Source: Acidobacteriota bacterium (GTDB taxonomy: Bacteria; Acidobacteriota; Polarisedimenticolia; Gp22-AA2). From it: a stretch of 22,675 nucleotides of DNA. Positions 15,181 to 22,675 of the stretch are shown in pieces. Made by a program: the position numbers and the translations under genes. Position 1 is the stretch's first letter, and the number at the start of each line of letters is the position of its first letter. Location: positions 1-22,675 of the forward strand of contig JACQNT010000049.1 in assembly GCA_016202915.1 (NCBI GenBank), read 5' to 3'. Below the pieces are notes generated by a model, which saw only the letters and a program-made list of their open reading frames with translations, made no database searches and was not told the DNA's origin.

Positions 15181-15990
15181 TCAACGCGCCATCTCCCGCA
15201 CCTCCACCCCCTCCGGCGGGACGAAGCGGAACAGCGTCTCATCCAGGTCCCCGACCTGCGTGACCAGGCTGAAGCGGTACGTGACCCGTCCCCCCAGGGG
15301 ATCGACGGCGGTGAGGACCCGGACCAGGTGGTCCGGCCCCGGCTCCAGCAGCAGGTACCGGTACTCCGCCGAGGGCGACCGCGGCGTCAGCAGGAGGGGG
15401 CGCGGTCCGTTCTCGGGCCGGGGGCCCCAGTCGATGTCGAAATCGCCCGTGAGATCGATCCGGCCGCGCATCAGGAGCGGAACGCCGCGCCCCGCCTCGA
15501 TCGATCGAAGGGGCGCCACCAGCACCTGCCGCTCCTCCGGCAGGTACAGCCAGCTCCTGCGCCCGTCTGCGACCGCCAGCTTGCCGCGCGGCTCGTCGTA
15601 CTCCCAGCGCATGCGGCCGGGGCGGAGCAGATAGACGGTGCCCCGCTCAATCTGAGGCCGCGGCAGCCCGGGCGACTCGACCGTCTGGGTGAAGCGCGCC
15701 ACCAGGCCCCGCATCCCGTTCAACGCCGCCTCCACCCGCCGCGCCTCCGAGACCGCGTCATCCGGAGCGGCGGCCCGGGCGTACGCCAGGGGCGCCAGCA
15801 GGACGGCCGCGCGGAGGACGCGCCCCGTGCGGCGGTGCCCCGCGGGGCCGGCTCGTTTGACACTCCGGGTGGCGTGCGCTACACTCGCGCCCCGCTTGCG
15901 CGCCGCTCCACGCGCCGCGCTGCCGGGAGCATCCGGCCGGACGCCCGGCGCGCCGGCGCGGCGCACCCCGGCGGAGACCCCCGAGATCAT
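15181..15990 (-). CDS. LolA-like (outer-membrane lipoprotein carrier / RseB-like fold) protein; start uncertain
   Basis: The core RGTVYLLRPGRMRWEYDEPRGKLAVADGRRSWLYLPEERQV matches the LolA signature region, preceded by the hydrophobic VLRAAVLLAPLAYA. The in-frame ATGs at 15990, 16017 and 16050 give a long Arg-rich N-terminus and overlap the divergent gene and its promoter. No canonical start codon lies immediately before the signal peptide. Confidence 0.55.
   Translation of the reverse strand: MISGVSAGVRRAGAPGVRPDAPGSAARGAARKRGASVAHATRSVKRAGPAGHRRTGRVLRAAVLLAPLAYARAAAPDDAVSEARRVEAALNGMRGLVARFTQTVESPGLPRPQIERGTVYLLRPGRMRWEYDEPRGKLAVADGRRSWLYLPEERQVLVAPLRSIEAGRGVPLLMRGRIDLTGDFDIDWGPRPENGPRPLLLTPRSPSAEYRYLLLEPGPDHLVRVLTAVDPLGGRVTYRFSLVTQVGDLDETLFRFVPPEGVEVREMAR
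15857..15885 (+). promoter_or_regulatory. Candidate promoter TTGACA-17-TACACT
   Basis: -35 at 15857-15862 and -10 at 15880-15885. About 97-nt GC-rich leader to the ATG at 15989. Confidence 0.45.
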
Positions 15991-17257
15991 GCTCCGGAAG
16001 AAGGCCCGCATCCTGATCGTCGTGCTCGCCGTCCTCGGCGCGCTGAACATCGTCTACATCCCCGGCGGCTCGTTCGCCGTGCGCGAGTCGCCCGGCGCCG
16101 CCCTGCCGCTCGGCCCGGGCCTGCACCTGCGCGTGCCACTCTACCAGAGGGTGTACCGCTACGACAGCCTGCCGGTGACGCTGGACCAGCCGGTCACGAT
16201 CGTGACCAAGGACAGCGCCTCCTTCACGCTCCCCGTGACGATCTCGGCCCGCGCCTCCCAGGGAGACGTCCTCACCTTCCACCGCGGACGCGCCGGGCGC
16301 GAGTCGAGGACCTACATCGAGGAGAGGGCCCGGGAGGCCGTCCTGGCCGCCGCCCGGGAGATCAACGCCGACGAGATCCTGGCCCGGGACGCATCCACCC
16401 TCCTCGGGCCCGCCGTCTCCGCCGCGCTGATCAGCCACGGCATCGCCGACGACGGCCTCAAGGTCGGCCGCCCCACTCCCCAGGTCGTGCTGAACGCGGT
16501 GGTCGATTACCTGCGCCGCGATCTGGCGGCCTCCGCCCGCCGTCTCGCCGAGCGCGCGCTCGCGGGGAACCCCAGGGAGGCGCTGTACCACGCCGCCATG
16601 GGGGCGGTGCTGCAGGCCGAAGGGAAGACGGCGGCGGCCGAGGACGCCTATATCGAATCCCTCTACCTCGATCCCGCGGCGCTCGAGCCGATGAGCCGCC
16701 TCAACCTGATGTACCAGACGACGAACGACCCGGACAAGATCCTCCGGCTGGAGCGCCTCCTGGTGGCGAGCCTCGAGAAGAAGAAGGAATCATCAATCCA
16801 TTACGATTGGCTCGGCCAAGTCTATCTAAGGACCGGCCACTTCGACAAGGCCGAGATGGCCTTCAAGACCGCCATCGGCCTGGCGCCCAGGGAGGCGGCC
16901 TTCCACATCAGCCTCGGCAGCCTGAGGGTGAAGCAGGGGAAGTACCAGGAAGGCCGCGCCGCCTATGAAGAGGCCCTGGCACTGCACCCGAACCATCCCC
17001 TGGCGCTTTACAACCTGGGCGTCGCTTACGCCGTGGAGGGCCAGACCGACAGGGCGATCGAGGTGTTCCACCGGGCGGAGCGCTCCGGCCCTCCCGGCTA
17101 TCCCCTGCTGAACTCCCTCGGGCAGGCCTACGAGGTCAAGGGGGATCTCAGGCGCTCCGCCGAGTACCTGCGTCGATCGCTGGCGATCAACCCAAGGCAG
17201 CCGGCGAGGCAGGCCGAGCTGAAACGCATCGAGTCGCGCCTCAGGAAGCGGGGCTGA
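15989..17257 (+). CDS. Membrane-anchored SPFH (band-7)-like domain fused to TPR repeats
   Basis: ATG at 15989 (the track ORF starts at an earlier in-frame codon). N-terminus MLRKKARILIVVLAVLGALNIVYIPGG is a TM anchor. PGLHLRVPLYQRVYRYD...IVTKD...YIEERAREAVLAAAREINADEIL resembles the SPFH/HflC core. The C-terminal half has at least 4 TPR units (ALYNLGVAYAVEGQTDRAIEVF...). Confidence 0.7.
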   Translation: MLRKKARILIVVLAVLGALNIVYIPGGSFAVRESPGAALPLGPGLHLRVPLYQRVYRYDSLPVTLDQPVTIVTKDSASFTLPVTISARASQGDVLTFHRGRAGRESRTYIEERAREAVLAAAREINADEILARDASTLLGPAVSAALISHGIADDGLKVGRPTPQVVLNAVVDYLRRDLAASARRLAERALAGNPREALYHAAMGAVLQAEGKTAAAEDAYIESLYLDPAALEPMSRLNLMYQTTNDPDKILRLERLLVASLEKKKESSIHYDWLGQVYLRTGHFDKAEMAFKTAIGLAPREAAFHISLGSLRVKQGKYQEGRAAYEEALALHPNHPLALYNLGVAYAVEGQTDRAIEVFHRAERSGPPGYPLLNSLGQAYEVKGDLRRSAEYLRRSLAINPRQPARQAELKRIESRLRKRG

Positions 17258-17270
17258 GCGTCCCGGGCCC

Positions 17271-17891
17271 TCAGGAGCCTGTCCGGGAAATGGCAATGGC
17301 CGCCCGCCGCCGCCGTCTCATCCGCGCGATCGCCAGGACCGCGTAGAGCGCCAGGAAGATCGCGATCCCCCAGACGTAGCGCCGGAAAACGACGCGCACC
17401 TCCTCCCACGACGACCCCAGGCTCGTCCCGGCCCACCCGATGAGGCCGATCCACATGAGGTTACTGAGCGTCGAGTAGAAGGCCACCGGCCGCCATCCGA
17501 GCCGGCCGATCCCCGCCGCGTACAGGAAGAATCCGCGCAGGCCGGGCAGGAACCGGTTCGCGAGCAGGAGCACCGGCCCGAAGCGGGCGAACCCGCGCTC
17601 CAGGCGCGCCAGCTCGAATCTGGCCCACTCCGAGCGCAGGAGGAAGTACGAGCGCCCCAGGTGGCGGCCCAGCCCCCAGGCGGTCAGCGCCCCGGCGACG
17701 CTCCCCAGCAGGGCCGAGGCCACGACCGCCGGGAGCGGCAACACGCCGGCGCCCGCCAGGAAGCAGGCGAACAGGATGGTCGAGTCGCCCGGCGCGGGCG
17801 GGAACATGTACTCGAGCCAGGCCATCAGGACGACGAGCAGCAGACCGGCCCACGGAGAAGCCCGGAGCGTCTCCTGGATCGCCTCGCTCAT
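17271..17891 (-). CDS. DedA-family (VTT/SNARE-associated) membrane protein
   Basis: 206 aa, multi-TM. FPPAPGDSTILFACFLAG and NRFLPGLRGF match the DedA family. ATG at 17891. Confidence 0.85.
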   Translation of the reverse strand: MSEAIQETLRASPWAGLLLVVLMAWLEYMFPPAPGDSTILFACFLAGAGVLPLPAVVASALLGSVAGALTAWGLGRHLGRSYFLLRSEWARFELARLERGFARFGPVLLLANRFLPGLRGFFLYAAGIGRLGWRPVAFYSTLSNLMWIGLIGWAGTSLGSSWEEVRVVFRRYVWGIAIFLALYAVLAIARMRRRRRAAIAISRTGS

Positions 17892-17907
17892 GGCGCGCCC
17901 GGCCCGG

Positions 17908-18288
17908 TCAGATCTTCTCGACCAGGTCGCCCAGGAAGGGGATGGCCCAGCGTTCGCCGCGCATCGCCTTGATCACGCAGACGAGGGCCAGGGCGAGATA
18001 CAGGAGCACCAGGTTGACGAGCGCGAAGGCGAACAGCCAGGCGAACACCTTGGAGAGCGTCGCCAGGATGGCGCCGACGAAGATGAGCGCCAGGAAGATC
18101 AGGCAGGACACGCCGCACAGGATCAGCCCCTGCTTGGCGTGCCAGCGGACGTACTCCCGGCGCGTCACCATGAACGGCACCAGCGCCAGGACCCAGAGGT
18201 AGGAGAAGACCAGCATGACCTTGTCCTCCTCGTCCAGGTCCTCGGGGGTGACCGGGACTTCCTCGGCGGCGAGAGGATCGGTGGTCAT
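17908..18288 (-). CDS. DUF4870-family small membrane protein
   Basis: 126 aa. Acidic N-terminus, then KVMLVFSYLWVLALVPFMVTRREYVRWHAKQGLIL, characteristic of DUF4870. 16 nt upstream of dedA on the same strand. Confidence 0.75.
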   Translation of the reverse strand: MTTDPLAAEEVPVTPEDLDEEDKVMLVFSYLWVLALVPFMVTRREYVRWHAKQGLILCGVSCLIFLALIFVGAILATLSKVFAWLFAFALVNLVLLYLALALVCVIKAMRGERWAIPFLGDLVEKI

Positions 18289-18299
18289 GCGCAGGCTGT

Positions 18300-18328
18300 T
18301 TTATAATGGCCGCCCAGCCGCTTGTCAA
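18300..18328 (-). promoter_or_regulatory. Promoter TTGACA-17-TATAAA giving a (near-)leaderless DUF4870-dedA transcript
   Basis: Minus-strand -35 (plus 18323-18328) and -10 (plus 18300-18305). Only 11 nt separate the -10 from the ATG at 18288. The plus-strand TATAAT at 18302-18307 overlaps it face-to-face and may serve mutS. Confidence 0.45.
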
Positions 18329-18379
18329 GGAAAGCCAGAGGGAGGCTCCGGACCGGCGCGAACGAGCCGCGCGAGGGCC

Positions 18380-21037
18380 ATGGACACGCTGACGCCGATG
18401 CTTCGCCAGTACCGGAAGATCAAGGCGGAGAACCCCGACGCCATCCTGATGTTCCGCCTCGGCGACTTCTACGAGATGTTCTTCGACGACGCCCTGGCGG
18501 CGTCGAAGGCGCTGTCGCTCACGCTCACCTCGCGCGGCCGCGGCACGCAGAACGAGGCGCCGATGTGCGGCGTGCCCTACCACGCGGCGGAGGGGTACAT
18601 CGCGCGCCTCATCCGCCAGGGGTTCCGCGTCGCCGTCTGCGACCAGGTGGAGGACCCGCGCGTCGCGAAAGGGATCGTCAGGCGCGCCGTCACGCGGGTC
18701 GTCTCCCCCGGCACGCTGACCGACCCGGCGCAGCTCCCGGCGCGCGAGCCGAACTTCATCGCCGCGCTCCTGCCCGCCGGAGACCCGTCCCGCGGGCGGA
18801 CTGCGGACGGAGTGGGATGCGCCTATCTCGACCTGTCCACGGGCGACTTCCGACTGGCGGAGCACCGCGGGGCCCGGGCGCCGGAGTCCCTCGCCGAGCA
18901 GGTGTCCTCCTTCCGGCCGCGCGAGATCCTCCTGCCGGAAGGGGTCGCCGCGGAAACCCTCCTGCCGCGGCCCGTGCTCGAAGGGATCATGATTCGCGGC
19001 GTCCCCTCCTGGACCCTCGGCAGGGAGAGCGCCTACAGGGCCCTCCTGGGCCTCCTGGGGACCGCCTCGCTCGAAGGGTACGGCTGCGAGGACCGTGACC
19101 TGGCGATCGGCGCGGCCGGCGGCCTGCTGCACTACCTGCAGCAGGTCCACAAGGCCGACCTCAAGCACGTCACCCGCCTCGCCTGGCACGAGGAGGGAGA
19201 CTGCATGGTCCTCGACGCCGTCACGCGGCGCACCCTGGAGGTGGCGGAGAACGCCCGGGACGGCGGGCGCGACGGGACGCTCCTCGGGATCCTCGATCGC
19301 ACCGAAACGGCCATGGGCGGGCGTCTGCTGCGCGACTGGATCCTGCGGCCCCTCCTGTCGGTCGAGGCGATCGAGGAGCGCCTCGACGCCGTGGAGTCCT
19401 TCCTGTCGCAGCCGGCCGAGCGCGCCGCCATCCGCGCCACCCTCGGGCGCGTGCACGACCTCGAGAGGCTCCTGGCCCGCTGCTGCCTGGGGACCGCCAA
19501 CGCGCGCGACCTCGTGGCGCTGCGCGACTCCCTCCAGGTCCTCCCCTCGATCGCCGGGCGCGCCGTGGCGCTGACCGCCCCGGCCCTCAGCCGGGCCGTC
19601 CTGGGTCTGGACGTTCTCGGAGATCTCCACGCCCGCCTCGGCGCGGCCCTCGCCGACGACCCTCCGGCCACCCTCCGCGAAGGCGGGCTCCTGCGCGACG
19701 GCTTCAGCCCGGAGCTCGATGACCTGAGAAGCATCCGGCGCGACGGCCGGGCGTACCTGGCCTCGGTCGAGACCCGCGAGCGGGCGCGCACCGGGATCGC
19801 CTCCCTGAAGGTCCGCTACAACAAGGTGTTCGGCTACTACATCGAGGTGAGCCACGCCAACCGCGGCCTGGTCCCCTCCGACTACGAGCGCAAGCAGACG
19901 CTGGTGGGGGCGGAGCGCTACGTGACTCCGGAGCTCAAGGAGTACGAGGCCAAGGTGGTGACGGCGCAGGAGAGGATCGAAGCGCTGGAGTACGACCTGT
20001 TCACGGCGCTGCGCCAGGAGGTGGCCTCCGCCGCGGCGCGCCTGCGGGCCACCGCGCGGGCGCTGGCCACCCTCGACGCCCTCGCCTCCTTCGCCGAGGG
20101 CGCCGCGGCGCACGGATACGCCCGCCCCCGGGTGGACGAGTCGACGCGGCTGCGCATCGTCGGAGGGCGCCACCCGGTCGTCGAGCTTTTCTTGAAGACG
20201 GAGCGCTTCGTGCCCAACGACTGCCTCGTGGACACCGCGGACCGGCAGATCCTGATCCTGACCGGGCCCAACATGGGGGGCAAATCGACCTACCTCCGGC
20301 AGGTGGCCCTCATCGCCCTGATGGCGCAGGCGGGATCGTTCGTGCCGGCCTCGGAGGCCGAGATCGGCCTGGTGGACCGGATCTTCAGCCGCGTCGGGGC
20401 CTCCGACAACCTGGCCCGCGGCCAGAGCACCTTCCTGGTGGAGATGATCGAGACGGCGAACATCCTCAACAACGCCACCCCGCGATCGCTCATCCTGCTC
20501 GACGAGGTCGGGCGCGGCACCTCGACGTTCGACGGGCTGTCGATCGCCTGGTCGGTGGCCGAGTTCCTGCACGACAACCAGGGAGTCGCGGCGCGCACCC
20601 TGTTCGCGACCCACTACCACGAGATGATCGAGCTGGCGCTTTTGAAGCCGCGGGTCCGGAACCTGACGATGGCGGTGCGCGAGTGGAACGACACGATCGT
20701 CTTCCTGCGCCAGGTGATCGAAGGCGCGGCCGACAGGTCCTACGGGCTCCAGGTGGCGCGCCTCGCGGGCCTGCCGCCGGCGGTGATCGACCGGGCGCGC
20801 GAGGTCCTGGCGAACCTGGAAGCGGAGGAGCTGTCGCGCGACGGCCGGCCGAAGCTGGCCCGGAGGCTCACGGCCGAGCCGGGGGCCTCCCCGGCGGCCG
20901 AGCCGGCCCAGCTCGGCCTGTTCGCGCCGGAGGAGGATCCCGTCGTCCGGGCGCTGCGGCAGGCGCCGATCGACACGCTGACGCCCCTCGAGGCGCTCAA
21001 TCTCCTGGCTGATCTGAAAGCGCGCCTGGCGGAATAG
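18380..21037 (+). CDS. mutS: DNA mismatch repair protein MutS
   Basis: 885 aa with ATG at 18380 (GAGGG RBS). N-terminal MLRQYRKIKAENPDAILMFRLGDFYEMFFDDA mismatch-binding domain. Walker A GPNMGGKST, STFLVEMIE and DEVGRGTSTFDG motifs are present. Confidence 0.95.
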   Translation: MDTLTPMLRQYRKIKAENPDAILMFRLGDFYEMFFDDALAASKALSLTLTSRGRGTQNEAPMCGVPYHAAEGYIARLIRQGFRVAVCDQVEDPRVAKGIVRRAVTRVVSPGTLTDPAQLPAREPNFIAALLPAGDPSRGRTADGVGCAYLDLSTGDFRLAEHRGARAPESLAEQVSSFRPREILLPEGVAAETLLPRPVLEGIMIRGVPSWTLGRESAYRALLGLLGTASLEGYGCEDRDLAIGAAGGLLHYLQQVHKADLKHVTRLAWHEEGDCMVLDAVTRRTLEVAENARDGGRDGTLLGILDRTETAMGGRLLRDWILRPLLSVEAIEERLDAVESFLSQPAERAAIRATLGRVHDLERLLARCCLGTANARDLVALRDSLQVLPSIAGRAVALTAPALSRAVLGLDVLGDLHARLGAALADDPPATLREGGLLRDGFSPELDDLRSIRRDGRAYLASVETRERARTGIASLKVRYNKVFGYYIEVSHANRGLVPSDYERKQTLVGAERYVTPELKEYEAKVVTAQERIEALEYDLFTALRQEVASAAARLRATARALATLDALASFAEGAAAHGYARPRVDESTRLRIVGGRHPVVELFLKTERFVPNDCLVDTADRQILILTGPNMGGKSTYLRQVALIALMAQAGSFVPASEAEIGLVDRIFSRVGASDNLARGQSTFLVEMIETANILNNATPRSLILLDEVGRGTSTFDGLSIAWSVAEFLHDNQGVAARTLFATHYHEMIELALLKPRVRNLTMAVREWNDTIVFLRQVIEGAADRSYGLQVARLAGLPPAVIDRAREVLANLEAEELSRDGRPKLARRLTAEPGASPAAEPAQLGLFAPEEDPVVRALRQAPIDTLTPLEALNLLADLKARLAE

Positions 21038-21055
21038 GGCGGAGGACGTGGGCGG

Positions 21056-21424
21056 TCAGACCTCGATGGCGCCCTCCAGCTTGGGGAAGGTCGGGATGGT
21101 CATCTCCAGCCCGGCCATGTGGTAGTAGCCGCCGGCCTTCCCCGGCAGGACCACGAAGCGCATCTCCGCCCCCGCCGCGCGCGCCTTGTGGTAGGCCTCC
21201 GGGGCGGCGCTGGCCACCGTATCGTCGGCGAAATGCGATCCCGTCAGGTCGATCACGACCCGGCGCGCTCCCGACCGGAGGAGGCTGTCGACCTCTTCCA
21301 GGAAGCGCTTCTCGGGAGTTCCCGCGGCGAACTTCCCGCGGACCTCGAGGACCCACCAGCCGCCCAGCGAGCGGCTCTCGATGCGGCAGAGACCGCGACG
21401 TCTGAACCATGACAGTGGTGTCAT
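21056..21424 (-). CDS. STAS-domain protein (anti-sigma-factor antagonist-like) with Asp at the usual phospho-Ser position
   Basis: ATG at 21424 with a GGAGGG RBS. 122 aa aligning to the adjacent STAS protein: RRVVIDLTGSHFADDTV versus KNVVLNLGGVSYMDSAG. Confidence 0.7.
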   Translation of the reverse strand: MTPLSWFRRRGLCRIESRSLGGWWVLEVRGKFAAGTPEKRFLEEVDSLLRSGARRVVIDLTGSHFADDTVASAAPEAYHKARAAGAEMRFVVLPGKAGGYYHMAGLEMTIPTFPKLEGAIEV

Positions 21425-21461
21425 CGTTTGGCCCTCCGTTTCGTGGGCCTCGCCGGACACC

Positions 21462-21485
21462 CGGTGGACGGGATCGGTGGACGGG
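21462..21485. repeat. Direct repeat cggtggacggg x2 (13-nt period) in the intergenic region between the two STAS genes
   Basis: Read directly at 21462-21472 and 21475-21485. Confidence 0.5.
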
Positions 21486-21573
21486 TTGGGTGGGGGCGCG
21501 GTGTCGCGGTGTGGCCCCGGTGCGGCAATCATCGGCCTCCCGGGGGGCTTCCGTCAAGAGGAGAGAAGGAAAC

Positions 21574-21909
21574 CTAGAAGCTGGCCAGGGCCTCCCGCTC
21601 GTCGCGGAAGATGTCGAAAATCTCCTGGAGTTTGGTCAGGATCAGGAGATCCTGGACCTTGCCGTTCGGGTTCAGGAGCTTCAGCGACGCCCCCTTCTCG
21701 GTGGCCCGCTTGTAGCACGCCACGAGCTCCCCGATCCCGGCGCTGTCCATGTAGGACACCCCGCCCAGGTTCAAAACGACGTTCTTGCGCCCCTCGTCGA
21801 GGAGGGCGCCGACCGCCTGCTTCAGCTTGATGTCCCCTTCGCCGATCGTGATCTTCCCCGACAGATCCACGACGGTGACCTTCCCGTGGTGCCTGGCGTT
21901 GGCCTTCAT
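21574..21909 (-). CDS. STAS-domain anti-sigma-factor antagonist (RsbV/SpoIIAA-like)
   Basis: 111 aa. VLNLGGVSYMDSAGIGELV carries the conserved phosphorylatable Ser. GGAGGAG RBS. ATGA overlap with the upstream kinase gene. Confidence 0.85.
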   Translation of the reverse strand: MKANARHHGKVTVVDLSGKITIGEGDIKLKQAVGALLDEGRKNVVLNLGGVSYMDSAGIGELVACYKRATEKGASLKLLNPNGKVQDLLILTKLQEIFDIFRDEREALASF

Positions 21910-22370
21910 CCTCTCCTCCGTTTCATGACCTCGCCGCCGCGGCCCGCCCCGCCGACGTGCTCCAGTCTCTTCTCCAGGACGACCTCGGTCCCCTTCCCGC
22001 GGCGGCGCAGGAAGGTCACCTGGTCGACGAAGTGCTTCATGAAAAAAATCCCCCGGCCGCTGGTGCGGAAGATGTTTTCCGGGTCGAGCGGATCGATCGT
22101 CCGGTCCCAGTCGAACCCGGGGCCCTCGTCCCGCACCCGCACCCGGAAGAGATCGGAATTCTGCTCGAAGGCGATCTCGACCGGCTTGGTGGCCTCCATC
22201 CCGTTGCCGTGCTTGATGGCGTTGATGACCGCTTCCCGCACCGCCAGCCCGATGTTCAGCGCCGCGTTCTTCGAGAAGCCCGCCTCCCGCGCCAGGTCCT
22301 CCGCCACCTCGTGGACGAGGTCAACGTAGGCGATCCGGCTCCACAGCCTGAGCTTGACCTTTCTGCCCAC
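21906..22370 (-). CDS. Anti-sigma regulatory factor, Ser-protein kinase (RsbW/SpoIIAB-like, GHKL ATPase)
   Basis: N-box EAVINAIKHG, G1 box RDEGPGFD and G2 box GRGIFF are present. The proposed GTG start at 22370 gives ~154 aa. The track ORF extends to 22628 through low-complexity sequence that contains a promoter, so the start is uncertain. Confidence 0.65.
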   Translation of the reverse strand: MGRKVKLRLWSRIAYVDLVHEVAEDLAREAGFSKNAALNIGLAVREAVINAIKHGNGMEATKPVEIAFEQNSDLFRVRVRDEGPGFDWDRTIDPLDPENIFRTSGRGIFFMKHFVDQVTFLRRRGKGTEVVLEKRLEHVGGAGRGGEVMKRRRG

Positions 22371-22459
22371 GTCCCCGGGGTCTCCGGACGGCCCGGTCCC
22401 GATGGCCTGGAACGCGGGACTCGAGTAGCGGCCGCGCTGGGTGCTCTTGAGTACGCCGC

Positions 22460-22519
22460 ATGGTAGCCAAACGGCCGCGGGGGTGTCAATTGCCGCCGCC
22501 TCTGAGCTATCCCCAGTTT
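22460..22519 (-). promoter_or_regulatory. Promoter TTGACA-18-TACCAT plus second copy of the upstream 21-nt motif (AAACTGGGGATAGCTCAGAGG)
   Basis: Minus-strand -35 (plus 22484-22489) and -10 (plus 22460-22465). The motif lies at plus 22499-22519, again exactly 9 nt upstream of the -35. Confidence 0.4.
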
Positions 22520-22675
22520 CTGGGGGCAGCGCCTCTGCCCCGCGGGGCACGCGGTCGCCGTGGCCGGATCGGCAGAGACCGCCGACGGCCGCGTCGCCGC
22601 TCTGCTCTCCCGCGCCCGGCCGCGGCACACCCCGCGGCCACGGGCGCGCTGCGAGAAGGCCCCGCGAGCCAGAGG

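Noticed and set aside
22371-22628. N-terminal 86-aa extension of the RsbW-like kinase from the GTG at 22628.
   Set aside because: It is low-complexity (Gly/Ala/Pro/Ser), not part of the GHKL fold, and contains a well-formed TTGACA-18-TACCAT promoter plus the shared upstream motif.
1-22675. CRISPR arrays, IS elements, integrase/transposase genes and rRNA.
   Set aside because: No spaced direct repeats, terminal inverted repeats or recombinase-like ORFs were seen. The window reads as core chromosome rather than a mobile island.

Overview
This is a high-GC (~70%) bacterial chromosomal window with Gram-negative-type envelope genes (LolA-like, DedA, OPT). The long antisense ORFs in the track are the usual high-GC artefacts and are ignored.

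Gene order:
- A 5'-truncated TPR protein and a possible small membrane peptide.
- A minus-strand block: secreted LCAT/PGAP1-like lipase (GxSxG = AHSMGG), M49 dipeptidyl-peptidase III (HEVLGH...EEARAE), and three tandem, translationally coupled HtrA/DegP-like paralogs. Each paralog has a signal/anchor, a zinc-ribbon, a trypsin-like domain and PDZ. Only the first keeps the His/Asp/Ser triad; the other two have lost all three catalytic residues.
- Divergently from the same intergenic hub: an OPT-family oligopeptide transporter followed by an APC amino-acid permease.
- A DUF1579 protein.
- A coupled Rdx/SelW-like (CxxC) and NTF2-like pair.
- A LolA-like protein and an SPFH(band-7)-TPR fusion protein.
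- A DedA and DUF4870 membrane pair on an apparently leaderless transcript.
- Complete mutS.
- A partner-switching module: RsbW-like kinase plus two STAS antagonists, one with Ser to Asp at the phospho-site and no sigma factor in view.

Several sigma70-like promoters with 16-18 bp spacers can be read by eye. Two of them carry the same ~21-nt upstream motif (AAACTGGGGATANCTCAGRGG) at identical spacing from the -35.

No tRNA, rRNA, CRISPR or mobile element was seen.

The most interesting candidate system is the active-protease/pseudo-protease HtrA triplet with DPP3, wired divergently to peptide and amino-acid importers.
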